Of a stretch of 64,000 bases of DNA, positions 43,101-56,822 are shown in pieces. A program made the translations under genes and the position numbers. The DNA comes from Podarcis gaigeae. Taxonomy: Eukaryota. Under the pieces are notes generated by a model, which saw nothing but the letters and a program-made list of their open reading frames with translations, made no database searches and was not told the DNA's origin. The stretch lies in the NCBI GenBank assembly GCA_964106915.2, contig OZ066919.1; one strand, written 5' to 3'. How positions within the stretch are numbered: the first letter of the stretch is position 1; every line of letters begins with the position of its first letter.

Positions 43101-46100
43101 TCACCTGCACCTGGTTTATTAGGCTCCTTCCTTGCCTTGCAGGCACCTGAGCTGAGGCTTTCTTTGTGGCATACTCCTAGTCTGTACCTGCCTTGGTACA
43201 AATGGACAGTTGTTCTTTTTTAAAAACTCAGCTGCTAGGGAATATACAGTATCGTATATTCCTCTGGAACTTCTGAACAAGATACAGCATGTAGGCAGCT
43301 AGAGTGATCTGATTGCTGAAGGCAGCACAATGGTCATTGGAGCATCAGGAACAGTCAAGTGCTCTCTACAACACAGCACCTTCTAATGCCAAGCAGGGAT
43401 AGAGAGGCAGAACATAACCTCAGCATTGCATAACCTAAGAAATTGATAGGGTAGACAGTTCTCCAGCTTGCTGAGCAAAGAGGAGGGGAAATTGATGGAG
43501 AACAAAGGGAGGTCATTAGGGAAGGCAGACCTCTCCAAAATGTGGCCTACCTGGGTCGTGGCTGCATTGAATGAGATTCCTAGCAGAGAACACAGTCCAA
43601 GTCCTGCTGCCACGGAAAGGGCAACCAGAAGAACCCCAGCCAGGCCCACAGCACCCTGTGATTTGGAACAGTCCCAACGCAGCATGGTGACACAGGCATA
43701 CGCCAGCTGCAAGTGGAGGAGAATGAGACGGCAATTAATGAGAAGAAAGGCAAGGATGGAAAAGCTATGCTTTAGTACACAATGGAAGATAAAGGAATAG
43801 GAGGGAGGAAGGAGAGGGAAGAAGCTGCTACACACCATCAGCAGGTACCCGCCAGCCACACGGATGGCGCTCACATCTGAGAAGGATTTCATGATGTCAT
43901 CGAGCGTGGTGGTGGAGAAGGCATGGATAGTTTGGGAGGAATTCGCAGGGAGGGATTCCTGGGCCAACTGCAAAGAAGCAAGACTCATGAGATACTGGGA
44001 GGAGAAGAGTCATCTCAGTGGCTGGGATGCTTCTCACATACATAAATGCATCCACAGGATCCATCTACATGCCAGGCACAGGCATGAAGGCTCATTGGCA
44101 TGAAGGAGTCTATATGCTGCTATACATGCCATGTAGTAATACCAAGCAAGACAGAAAACTGTACAGAGTCCATACACTCAATTCAAGAACAACTGGCTAT
44201 GTTTTCACCCTATAAATTGTTTTTCATGCCATTCTACATGCTCGTAAGCATTCATGGTGGCATCCAACCTTTTTACACTGGCAGATGCATATTTGCATGC
44301 AGCCCTACATAATATTCTGCTCCTCACTGACAGACCTGCATGCAGTTTTGCCCATCACCTTTCTAGCATCTTCCCTTCCACGCACACACTTTTTCAGCCT
44401 TTTGTAGACACATTTATGTCTTCACCCTTGCACACACCTGCATCATGCAGCCCTGGAGTTCCCACACAGATGCCACAAACCAACCTGTCCATCTCACCTC
44501 AACAAACTCCCGCTGCCAGGCTTCCAGCACAGCAGCTGCCTTCTCCTCACTCCAGCTGATGTCGTGTATCTCATAGTCATCCCGGTAGTGCTCAAAGAGC
44601 TGTCGTGGGCTCATCAACAGGAACATGCTTTGTAGGGCTTCGGCTCTGCAGGAAACAGAAACTGGATGAGAGACAACCCTTCTACTCACAGGCAAGGAGG
44701 CAGGACTCCTTTCAGCTCTGGAACTAGAGCCTTTAGGCCCCATTGTGCCCCCACTGCCCAGGCTCAAGGCAGAAGCCCAAAGCCTGATTTCTGATTTCTT
44801 TATCTCACAGTCAGCCCTCATTCTGTGCACTGCTCTTTCACAAGCCTACTTATGGGGCTTTTTTCAATTGAAACAGGTGGCTAGCCACCCCTATCAAAAA
44901 GGTATGCAAAAGGTATGCACGCCATGTCGATCAGCTGCCATGGAAAACAAGTCACTGACTAACGGTACCACACAAAACATGAGAAAAACCAATAAGCTTT
45001 CCCAGCAGACCTGTGATTGTAGCAGATGATTTGCATAGAAAGTTCACCATATATACATCCCAACTATACACAACAAGAAAAGCCTGCATGTATTGTGTTC
45101 TAGAGCTGGGAATGGCTGCAGATGCACCTCCCTGTAATATCAGAAGCACATCTCTTCCTTCTGCCTGAGCCTTCCAACTTTAAAAGGTGAGGATCTTTTC
45201 TCCCATTTTCTGGCTGCTTCCCATTTTCTGACTGCTTCCTTGCATGGGATTTTAAAACCAAAGCAAAGCGATGTATAGCAGCAATAACCCTTGTCCTCAA
45301 TCTATTGCCCATTCCTTAGCCATTTTTGCATCTCTTTGCCTTGTGAGATATGGAAGGGTTCAGGGACACAAGAATTCCCCTCTGAAGAACAATGGTTCTC
45401 AAAAGCTGACACCGATTATGACCCTGCCCCCACCAGCATGCGGAACGTGCCCCACCATGCCAAAACAGAAGGTATGGCAACCTGTAGAACAGATAAGTGC
45501 AGGTGCCAGCACAGTGCAGACTTGTGTGGAATCAACTTCCCAATGTGCATTTGAGCCCCTTTCTAGGATCAGGGCTGCGGATTGCTGCAAGCAGGTGTCT
45601 GTGCTGTGTCTTCCAGCATCCACGGCAGCTGGAAGGAATTGGGGTGGGGGGAGGTGGCTTCGGGAGGCAAGGGGTGATGGCAGCCAGAGCTTCAGGGATC
45701 AACATAAATCCCATGGCTTAGGAATGCCCAAGCCAGTTGCTCCTAGGGTCAGGTCGCGGACATGCACCCACGAGAATATGAACCTCAGTGGCATCAAGTT
45801 ACAAGCTGGCTCAGGAGGCAGTTTACTACCACCCCCAACTGTGAAAGGGGTAGCAGCGAGAGTCCAAGCACTTCCCAGGAGCCACACTGTCCTCTCCCCT
45901 CACCATTCAAACACAACATTTATGACTTTGTCCATCCTTTTTAATTGGCCCTGCTTGCAGGGAAAAGCCATCTGCTCTGCATAAAGAATTCCTTAGCTAC
46001 TGAGTTATTCCTGGCCAGAGACCTCTGACTTGACAGTCACACACACCACACAAACACACACTTACCCCTGCAGTTTGCCCTGGGAATCCTTCACAGTGCC

Positions 46101-47768
46101 ACCCAGGATCAGTTCCTCTTCCCAGTGCATGTATTTTCGTGAGAAGCCATGGCAGCCACCTGTGAGCTCTGAGGGGATGTCTGGTTCCTGGTGGAGACAA
46201 CAAGAATGGAATGTAAAATAGCAGCATAAACTCCAGACATAAGCACAGGTATTTTAGATGCATATGAAGGACACCACTATAGCCCCATCTCCTGCTTTTC
46301 ATGGAGGAAGAAGTATCTTTGCACACTTCTGACTTGTGCACTGTGTACATTTACTACTACTACTACTACTACTACTACCATTGAAGCAGAACTGTTCTGC
46401 TTAAGACTAAGGGATTATATGCTATAGCCCTGACTAGCTGGCTAATAAAACAAAACAAAAAATGGAAAGCAAGGGCAAATGTTGCTCCTCTGCAAATGTC
46501 ACATGTAAAAAACAAAACAAAACAAAAACCGCACACACAAGCACGAAATTCTCAGTAGGACAGGCAGCCTGCTCTAGCAGACAGAATATTGAATTTGAGT
46601 GACCCAAACAGGTTTAAATTCCTGCTCAACCATGAATTCATTGAGCACTTTGGAAAAGTCAACATTTATTAGCTTCAGTTTTGTATCCAATAAATGGAAA
46701 TAGAATAATGAAAAAAATGTAAAGCACTTTAGACATTAACCATGCTACTAGAACAATCCATGTCTCTATAAACAAAACAAAGAATATTTCCCATTATTCC
46801 GTAACACTATTCCAGCATTCTGTCACATCCAGGAGTGACCAAGAAATTGAACCTTATAGGGAACTATACAAATAGGAACAGGCTTAATTATCACTGGCTG
46901 GAGCTAGTGTAGCCCAAACACCAATGAGGTGCCCAAGTGCTTCTCTTTACCATCGCCCATTAGTGAATAGCTGATGTCCTCTTCTGTGGAGAAAAGTAAA
47001 GTTCTGCCCTTTGGGACAATGTTGGACTGGGGGCTAAACCTGCCCTCCAGTCATGACCCTGGGTGGTCAGTCCCTTGCTAATAGGGACCCTACATACGCA
47101 TATGCCCTTGAAAGGCAGACAACAGACAGAAGCTCTCTTTTAGCAAACACCACATACGTAAACATAATAATATTGCATATTCTGCTGGTTAACAATAATG
47201 GGCAAGGCTTGAGATCCTCTCTGGAAATAATCCATTCTCCTCCTAGCTATGTAACCTCACATCTGACAATAATAATCCACATTTCAGTTCAGTGACATTG
47301 GCCTGGAACAATTAAGAAGGTTTACTAACAACTGTCAGAATAACTACTCCTTGGAGCAGCCTGATGCCTCCCTGATTGCCGAGGATGGAAGACGGCGACA
47401 TGCCATATGGCATTGCCACCATTATCATAATGCCTGGAACCCTCTGTGCAGGGAAAGTAGGCAGAGCTAAAGAGATCTGATAGATTCTAGCTTTTATGTG
47501 AAAGTGCTCCATATCAGTTCTCCCCTGGTCTAGGTATTCTCATAGAATGAGGACCCAAAAACAGTCTGGCTCTGTCGCCCTGCAATCACCAGTGAGTCAC
47601 CCACACAGTCATAAGACAAGCATCAAGCAATGGGAAAAGCAGGAAAATTCCTATCACCTTGTAAGCTGGAGGACAGCACTTTCATAAAGCATGCCAATCA
47701 TGGCTTCACATACTATCTAACTATCTACTTTGCAAAGCAGCAGTGCCACATTTTTAGCCAACAAGGAT

Positions 47769-47815
<47 letters not shown>

Positions 47816-50800
47816 GCCCATTTGGACAATACCAGATGGATGAATTCAATTCAGCTAATGCTTGATAATATTTATCCAACTAAAAGAAATATAAGAAGAC
47901 TCGGTATTATAGCAGGCAACTACTATGCTTTTCTGCATATAAATCATAGTGTCTATTTGCATTTGACTGAGGAGTTTGCAGAATCCATTCTGACTATATC
48001 ATCCTGTGTGTGCGTGTGCTTGCCCACAGGCACACTGGGTGTTCCCTTCAATCCTACAGGCATCTCCTTCCTGCTCCTGTGGTGGCAGCGAGAGAAACTG
48101 GATAGCCATAATGATAACAGTCTGGCTTTCAAGCCAGGAAATGTGGAATTATGGCTGCAACTCCATCCTCCCGCTCCTTGTGCTTGCCCTTGGTCATATG
48201 TGCTCCGTGTGTGTACGCACACACTGCTCTCTCTCCCCCCCCCCACCTTCCAAAAGCTCCGAAGCTGCCATCTGTTCTGGGACACATTCCAACTATGACC
48301 ACCTGCTGGTGAGCACTTGCACTGCGTCTGCCTGGATCAGCACCATCATTCCTGCCTGTGCCTCTCTGGCACGCTGCCTTGCATTCCACGTCTCCCCACA
48401 CTCCTGGACGCAGAAGGGCAAAGCTAACCAAATGGGGGACCCCGCAGTGAATCCAGCCTTTGGGGGCACACGGCGCCTGAAAAGAGGTCCCTAGCTCCAA
48501 CAAGACACAAGGAAGCTATTCTGTTGCTTTGCACATGTGTTACAATCTGAAGAGCTCTGTGACTTCATCGAGCCTCCTCCCCACCCCTCCCAGAGTCCAG
48601 GCCAGAGAATCAGCTCTACTTTTTGCAGCCAGAATGTTCATTTACTTTGGCTATATCAGTCTTATGTCATGGTATATAGTGTGTACCTTGCACGGGTGCC
48701 AGCTTGAATAAAATAAGCCCCACCCTGCATAATCGATCACAAGATGCAGCATGCATACACCATTTGAATGGCAATGCCCATCAACTTGGGAGGGATCCCT
48801 CAAATATTTTATTGGGGGGGGGCAAAGGAGTTGGCTCCGATGGTACCTTGGCTACTGGTATCTTGAAAAGGTATAACAATTGGGGAAACTGCCTTTTTAT
48901 TTGGTTAGCATGTCTTAGGAGCATTGAATGGCACTTGACTTTTTGCCACATTTATCTATGGAATTTGCAGATCTCTTTAGCCTTGTGATCCCAGTTAAGA
49001 TTAATCATTTACCAAATTCTTTGCCCATGTGGCAAATTTTGTGTCCATTCTGCAGAACTCCTGCTGAGTGCACTTCGCAATATTACAATTCTCTCCTTTT
49101 CAAAAAGGCTATTATAAGAAGGTTGCATTGTGTGTGCAGCTGTCCAACCTGTCTTAGTACATCTCTTAATGTCAGATCTAAGCATCCATAAAATGGAACT
49201 CTCCTCCTTAGGAACATAAGATGCTGCTTTACATGAATTCAGACCACTGGTCCATCTAGCTCAGTTATGCCAAAGTTGATTGACAGTGGCTCTCCAGGGT
49301 TTCAGACAGGAGTCCCTTGCAGCCCTACCTGGAGATGACAGGGACTGAATCTGGCACTGTCTGCATGCAAACCATGTGCTTTCTTACAAAAATATTTATT
49401 CTGTGTTGAAAGCTAGATAAAGTTCCAAATGTTTCATTGCTGGAGAGTATGCCATTATATGAGCTGTCATCTGCAGAGTGAAGAACAGTCAAGACATACA
49501 GATTTACCCCCTTGTATACTGTTTGAGAGAATTCATTTTCTCATTTACATATGCATTTGGGAAATACACTGAGTAGTTGGGGAACATGCCTGGCTCAAAC
49601 CCACCTGCCGGCTTTGGCTGTTGGGGGCACTTGTAGGACACTCAGGGTCAAAGGGGTCAAGACAAGGCCGCTCCATATAGGCCTGGCCAACCTCTGCCTT
49701 ATCCAGCATCTCCTTGAATCCTTCCAGCGAGGCAAACTGACCCAACTCCTCCATCAGTTGAATGGGGTCTAAGTTAGTCCACTGGATATCGCGCCGGCCC
49801 CTACGGAGATAAAATATGGGTTAACAGGGAAAGAAAATATCCAGATAGCATCACTTATTCCTATTACAGATTATATTAAATGGATGATTTTAAGAGGAGG
49901 CTTGTAAATTCATATATGTTTAAGTAGGCAGGTAACTACATTTTTTGGTAGGCTAGTAATTTGTGTGAATATTTGCAATGCTAAACCTGACCATATGTCT
50001 GGGCTGTATCATACTTATGCAGCAATGCATACTTGAGCAGCTTTTATTTTCCTTTGGAGCAATAAAGAGGCTAGAGAAGGAACATGGACTTGTCCCCCAA
50101 GAAGGAAGATCTCTGAACACACACACACCACATACTAGGCCTGGCCATAATTTAAGTCCATTTCCCTTGTCCTGTGTACTGCTGCTTCTCCCTTGCATGC
50201 AGAGCCCTGGCTCTCCCAGCACTGCCTCTATCAAGATGTTAGCACGCTGGCGTTAATTGCCCTGACTGGCTGCACAAGACTCATTTAGGGGGTGGGAGGG
50301 GTCTGCTCAGTGCTGATATAGGGCTTCATTCCTTTTGTTCCCGTGCATAACAGGATCAGGCATGCTGCTTTCATTTGGCATCTGGTTTAGAGTGCCAGCT
50401 CCAGAGGATCTGGACAGTGCCTCCTCTGGGAGCACCAGAGCTGTGTGTGTGCCATAGGCTGGGGTCATGTGCATGTAGGGGCATCAGGGTGTATTCCAGA
50501 AGCAAAAGAGAATCTTTCAACAAAAGCTGGAAAGGGAAGAGGGGTATTTTCCATGCCCAACACTTGGCCTGATGCATTTGTGCACAGGGATGTACACAGC
50601 AGTATAATTTGTTATGTGCATATTTTATTCTTTCTGTTTATATAGATGTCTAGATAATATACACATATTGAAAAGGTTTCTTGATGAGAGAAAAGGCATT
50701 TTGCTTCTGCCCAAACAAAAAGGGTAACCCTTGTAATATGCAACTTATTTAATGAGCAAGTGTGGAAGGATCTATCCCAGGAAGGCTTCATCTCCAACCA

Positions 50801-53800
50801 TTGCAATGACAGATCTGCTGTACTACAGAGGAAAGGTCACATCCCCTGAAAATGTAGTACTAGACTTAGAGTTTCCCTACCCACCAAAGAAAGGCAAATT
50901 GTGCCAAGTTCTGCCCAACATTATCCTGAGACAGTGAATTTCACAAGAATCTTGTGGAAACTCCATTATTTGGTCACTTTCTAGTTTCGCTGAAAATGTT
51001 CCTTGGCTTCACACTGTGAGAAAGGGTCAGTGACCCACCAAAATGAGTATCTGGGGCTAGGAGAGAAGAACCACTGAGACAAGATATTCAGAGAACTAAG
51101 CCCAAGCAACTTGCATGACTGCTTCTGGCAACATATAAAGTACTGGCAAAGGTCAGAGAAGAGGCAATAAGAATGGTTCCAAAGGCCACAGTGAGCCATA
51201 GAGGTTAGTTTTATCTGTATAAAGTACAAGGGAGTTGCTTAGGAATTAATTCCAGCTCTAGACAGATAGGAATACAGTTTAGCAGAAAGGGGAATCGTCT
51301 TTAAGGGATCTCTGATTATAGTAAACTTTCCAAATGGGCAACTTTTCGAGGGGGCAAATCCTCTGCTTGGTCTGACAAGAGATTAACTGATAAAAGATAT
51401 TTCCCTAGACCAGTACCTGTTGGAAAGGGTGGAGGTTTTGAAACTTCATAGAGTAGAATTTGACAGTGAACTCAATTAGCCAGTATATTGTAATTGATCC
51501 AGGCTTTGTGTCACATTCTCTGAGATCAAGGTTATAGCTACAATCCAAACAAATCCTGGCATCTTGTTTCAGGTCTGATTATATCCAGCAACTCTCCTCC
51601 ACTGCCATTCATGCAGCATCTTCCTAACATGACTGAAGCAAATTTCTAACAAGAGGCCTATTTCCAAAAAGCAGGGCAAGTGAGAGCTGTGGCCCAGGGA
51701 GATTCATGAGGACCATATATAGAGGCCTGGAGGGCAGCATTAAGATCCCTGGGCCTGAGGCTCCCCATCTCTGCTTTAAATGCTGTAAACAACAACAACG
51801 ACCCTGAGGCTGCAGCTACAGTTCCTCAGACGCCACTCACTCTTCCACTGGTGCTCTCATGCATTCTTGTCTTCAACTTCCTGTCATGGAGTGCTTGCAT
51901 CATTGAGGCCACAGAAGCAAGGGAAAGTGGCAAGGTGACTGCAGTCTCCCTCAGTGCCTTGATATAATCTTAGCAACCGTACTTCTTCCCAGTGGATTGG
52001 AGCTAGAGACAATCCTGCTCACATAGCCCCGGAGTAATTAGCCCCTGAGTTTCTGGGTCTGTAAGAGCTCTGCAGCAAGGAAATTTGCCAGGTATGATTT
52101 TCCATGTTCATTTTCCCATTCTAATGGGAGAATCTGTTCTTGTTCCTGTTGTGCAGCCATTAAAATCGGAGGAGCTTGTCCATGCAGGATCAGGGCCTGA
52201 AGACCTACATGCTCTACTCTCAGAGCCTATCGAATTACTGAAAGCCTTGATAGTCAAAGCTTGTCTCCCAGACTCTTTCTAGAGAGCTGGCTGCTAGGGA
52301 TTTTTTTCTGTCTCTCCACACAAGTTTGTAGCCAAACAAACCAATATAAATTGAAGAAGGGGCGGGGAGTGGTTGGATATGAAGAAGGGAGTTGCAGCAT
52401 TTTGTCCTTTCAGCTGGAATCACAAAGCGAAGTCTATTTTGCTTGCTATTTTCTTTTTTTAAAAACAGAAGGAAAAAGCAAAACTCCAAGATGTGGAGAG
52501 CAGGGGCAGGGAAAGCCTTGTCATGCTCGGAGCAGAATCACTCTCCAATCATTCATGAACCCCCAGGTCCCAAGAAGGTTCCTCCTTGCCTGATTCCCAC
52601 ATTCCAAACAGCCCAGCTCCTGCTCCCAAAGAGAGCTTCTTTTATCTGCTGTTTCTTGCTTCACTGAGCCAAGTCGGGCCCTTTTGTTTTTCCATAGATT
52701 GCTGCCCTTTGTTCTCCCAAGTTTTCTCTCCCTTTGCGTTAAAAGGAGGGGGGGGGGGGAGAGAGAGACCCTCAGCTGAACTGAAGCGGAAGCTGGACCT
52801 GAGGAAAAGACTCCCCCATTCCAGCCACTGACAAGAAAACTTCTGGGACGTGTGTGTGTGAAATTTCTGAGCAGTGGAGGAGGGGGGATACGAGAGTCAT
52901 TATAAATAAACAAGGAACCCAAGAGACTGGATACAGAAAGTAAGGGAGCCAGGACATGACGTTTCATGGAAGAATAGGAAGAGCAAGAAAATCCCCAGGC
53001 TTCCTTGCCAACTGCCTTCGTTTGCACATGAGTCTGAGCTGTTATGCAAAGTGTGTTCTTAAAACCCCATATTTCATCTACTTTAAAAAAGGAAAAGAAA
53101 AGGGAAGCTTGAAAGCAACCCAAAGTCTCAAATTCTGTAACCTTTAGCTCTCCTTTGCGGGGTGCTTAAGAGTAACTCTCCATTTTGTTCAGTGAATCAC
53201 CCTGCAAATAGCACCCAACATTTGTATGAGATAAACTCAGTGAGATGAAACAGACCCTGTTCCCTTAAAAAAACAAAACCCCACACCTTGCATTTGTGCT
53301 GCTCCTGAGTTCAACGGAAAACACTTCACCCTACCCCAACCCTTATTCTTGGCAGTTTGATATTAAAATCCCTCCCTCTTTTAATTTTTCTGAAATCTGT
53401 TTTCTCCTCCCTCCCTCCCTGTCCCCTTTCTCTCAGCAGCAGGCTGAATAAAGCTACTATTCCATTTGTTGGGCAACTTGGAGCTTTCAAAGTATCATTA
53501 GCATGAGAATACGTGGTGTTGCCGTTTGCTGACAAAGCATAAGTCTCCAGGGCCCCTTATGGACAAACACACTTGTAAACAGAAAGAATGCTGGCTATTG
53601 TTCCTGGCCCTCCCTCCCCCAGTGCCTCCAGTGGGGCTGGTCCCCACATCTTTACCCTCTCTCCCCCTCCATCCCCCATTTTGTACACCTTAATAGAAAC
53701 ATAATTACGAGGCAGCAGGAGCAACAAAACAAAGCAATTGGCCCCAAAGTAGAAACTTAGGGGAGGGGGTAGGAGACTAGAGAAAGTGTTTTCCCTCTGG

Positions 53801-56800
53801 TTCGGAAGTGGGACAGGGAGAAACTGCTGGGGCTGTGGACCTATACCCAAATTCTGTGGGGGCAGGCTGGAGGATGTGAGACTATCCTACCACCCACTAA
53901 CTGTTACCACCCCCTCCCTAATGTGGCATCGCAGAACAAGGGGAGGGGATGTAAGCAAAACCCCGTTGGCCATGCCGTGGTGGAATAGGTAAGAGGAGAA
54001 AAGCTGTAGTATTATGGTGGTAACTGGCAAATTATGCTATTCTACAGCAGATGGACAGTATTCTCCTTCCTGTGACACAGGTGCCACTTTTATAGTATAT
54101 GTGCCACTGAAAATGAGAACTATGTCTCCGTTTCCCCAAACAAGCAATAATGCACGCTGAAAAAATACTGAAAGGTAGGTAAGTACAGTGGTTCCTCGGG
54201 TTAAGAACTTAATTCGTTCTGGAGGTCTGTTCTTAACCTGAAACTGTCGCCATTGCACAATTTCTGTTCTCATCCTGAAGCAAAGTTCTTAAACTGAGGT
54301 ACTATTTCTCGGTTAGCCGAGTCTGTAACCTGAAGCGTATGTAACCTGAAGCATATGTAACCTGAGGTACCACTGTACCTTGGAAGCATCAGATATAGGA
54401 AGGAAGCTTTTCCACAGGTGCCAAGCAAGCCAAGCAAGAAACCCAATTATTAGGCAAAGATCCTATCGCTTATTAGTACAAGAAAATTATGAAGCCACAA
54501 ACTGTTTTTGCAACCAGTCTTGCAACCCTCCATCATCAGCAACTATGCTTTCTAACAATACCTGCCATGGCCAATCCTGCCTGCAGGCCTTAAAGGCAAA
54601 CAGGTAACTCCAGCTCTGACTTAGTGGTAAAAGAGCATTATTGAGAAAACACAAAAAGATGCCACCATCTTTTTGGGCAGGCTCATGTACATTCCTTATC
54701 ATGACTGGTTCTTCCTCTACTCCTCGTTCTTGACCAGTGACTGCAGGCAAACATTCCTGCTACATTCAGATGTCTTTCTCCTTGTTGGGACCTTGCTTAG
54801 CTGCAAATAAGAACTGGGACACTGTACGAGAGGTTAAGAGTTTGAGGTGTGATGTCTGAGCTGGAAATCCTCAGTTCAAATCTCAGCTCATCCACCAACA
54901 CACTGGGATGCAAGAGCCTTTAGTAATGCCTTCTTTAATACTGGAAGAATAGGACCCCCCCTACCTTAAAAGTTTGTTATATTTATTATTGTGTTTAGTG
55001 AGGGAAGTGCTTTGGGCACTTTAAGAAAATGCTAAATGATCATACTTCATATCCTGTAAAAGAGCTTGAAAGCACTCTCAAATAGCTGAGGGGGTGCTCA
55101 GATAGAAGACAGTGTGTGAGAGTGTGTATGTGTATAGACAAGCATACTTCCTAAAGCCTAGATAAGTCTGTGGAATAGGGAACGGAGGAGAAATAGCTAA
55201 AAGCATGTCAGGTCTCAATCCCTGTGCTGGATACATGCTTAACCTACAGACAGCCTCTACACAGCCTTGGCCTCACAGGCCAATCACAGCAGGGCAGAAA
55301 AGTACACCTGAAAAACAGGTACTCACGGGAGGTAAGCGGAACCCCCTTGCAGCTTGGCACCATCCCAAAAGCAGTCCAGTGGGGTCACGATAACACAAGG
55401 AAAGAGCTTCTCGATCATCTGGGAATGACAAGAGCCACAGTCACAGAGGAAAACCACAAGTTCATCTTTCCAGTTCTCTTCTGCTCTCTTTGTCCCTTAC
55501 CTTGACCTGCCCAAATGCTCACATAATTTTACTGCAGGTGGGACTACCCTCTCTACAACCAGTGTCCTACTGCAACTTAACTTACCTTGTCTCCCCATTC
55601 TCTCCCTTGAAGGCTTTTGGAACAGTGAACGGCTTTGGGAACCAAATAGTACCATCCCAAATACAAGCCCTCAATCGAAACAGATCCCAGATATGAGAAC
55701 CTGGAAGACTTGTCCTAGCCAAATGGGCTACAGTGGGCCACAGGCAGCCCTCATTCTGAGGATACCTGTCTAAGGGGACAGCAGTCTCTTGCAACTGAGG
55801 CATTGCAGGATGTAAAACCCTTATCACCAAAGGTCAGGCACTACTGAAAGCAGTTGAGGATAAAATAGACTTTCCACTTTCTACTCCCCCAGCATATGGC
55901 GGAAGGGAGATAAAGCCTCATAGTTAGCTCTTATCTCAGATACACAGGAGTGATTGTTACCAGGGTTAGGGGTCTAGCAAAAAGAAGCATGTCCAGTCTA
56001 TGCAGAAATGTCCAAGTCTCTGAACCCAGAAGGGTGCTTTGGGAAGCTGCTCCTTTGTAACACCATCCTTTTTTAAAGATTCCACCCTATCCCCATAGCA
56101 ACCTGGATATCCTCTCTAAGACCCACCCCATTCTCTAGCCAACCAGCTAGACCCCAGGGAATTATTTATGCCATCTAACAAAGAGATTTTCCCCAGCTGA
56201 TCTACCTAATTTCTATGGGTTTTAGTGCAACCCCTGTCCCTGCAGATGCATGCATTCCCTTGGCAACTCACCCGTGCAATCATTCCATTCTCAATTATGG
56301 GGACACCTGACTTGTAGCATATTTTGTTGAGATCCCAAGACCTGAAAGAAGAAGCAGAGGCAATGAATGTCAAAAAAAAGTCAAAAGAATTGCTGGAAAG
56401 AGGAATGTTAACTAAATGGAAGCTGCAGAGGCAATGTACCTCTGAGTAACAGGTGCTGGGCACAAACATTGGGGAAGGCCATAACCTTCATGCTCTGCTT
56501 GTGAGCATCCAGAGACACATGAAGATTGATAGAAACTGAATGCTGGACTAGATAGATCCTCATCTAATCCATCATAAAAAAGTGTATGTTCTTCTTATAA
56601 GAGTAACATAGATTTTCCATTTTGAAACTCACTTTCCGTAAAGTAAGACTTGCACTTTGCTTGCAGCCAGAGCAGCTTCAAGATGCATTCCCAAGGCCTC
56701 TGGGGTCAGGATGTTTTCACCTTCCTGTTTGGGAGTTTGTATCAGCATCTGGGGTGTGTACAGAGACTCTTCTCCTAGCTTTTCCTTTGTGTACCGGAGC

Positions 56801-56822
56801 TCCTGGCTGACACGGCTGCCCT
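33449..56822 (-). CDS. PTCH2: Protein patched homolog 2, coding exons 3-23 (5' exons beyond right edge)
   Basis: Exons (5'->3'): 56633-56822, 56272-56341, 55327-55418, 49605-49800, 46066-46187, 44498-44645, 43836-43967, 43551-43706, 42770-42862, 42528-42653, 42147-42265, 41195-41597, 40021-40333, 39010-39152, 38473-38653, 37950-38233, 36632-36769, 35871-36013, 34991-35090, 34455-34703, 33449-33862. All GT-AG with consistent frame (3812 nt from a phase-1 start to TAG). Sterol-sensing domain [27 protein letters not shown]4 [13 protein letters not shown]10 [13 protein letters not shown]2-type segments [19 protein letters not shown] and [13 protein letters not shown], plus HECTD3/UROD synteny, identify it as PTCH2 rather than PTCH1. 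Confidence 0.96.
36280..36288. promoter_or_regulatory. Consensus GLI binding site (PTCH2 intron 19)
   Basis: Exact GACCACCCA. Function is untested. Confidence 0.4.
37039..37104. repeat. (TG)n(TA)n microsatellite
   Basis: Directly visible. Confidence 0.95.
39407..39700 (-). mobile_element. L2-type LINE 3' end
   Basis: ggggagagcattccacagatggggagccactgcagagaaggc (reverse of [14 protein letters not shown]) and a (TTTA)n tail at the left end. Confidence 0.7.
46352..46378. repeat. (TAC)n microsatellite
   Basis: Directly visible. Confidence 0.9.
47060..47068. promoter_or_regulatory. Consensus GLI binding site (PTCH2 intron 6)
   Basis: Exact TGGGTGGTC. Function is untested. Confidence 0.4.
47769..47815. 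repeat. (AAC)n microsatellite
   Basis: Directly visible. Confidence 0.95.
49210..49381 (-). mobile_element. tRNA-derived SINE (Squam2-like), partial
   Basis: Reverse complement reads ...tgcatgcagac...catctccaggtagggctg...aaaccctggagagcc...ctgagctagatggaccag...cttatgttcct. Confidence 0.7.
54186..54375. mobile_element. Tc1/mariner (Tigger/pogo-like) MITE
   Basis: TA|CAGTGGTTCCTCGGGTTA...TAACCTGAGGTACCACTG|TA: TIRs with TA TSD. Confidence 0.88.

Noticed and set aside
45271-45984. 237-aa + strand ORF antisense within PTCH2 intron 7
   Set aside because: No homology that I recognise, no promoter or splice context; compatible with chance in GC-richer intron DNA.
55582-55700. Superficial similarity of ORF WDLFRL...CIWDG...ENGETR to PTCH2 exons 4/5 (duplicated exon idea)
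   Set aside because: Only scattered 3-residue matches and one 11-nt match, and the frame is incompatible with the phase-0 intron.
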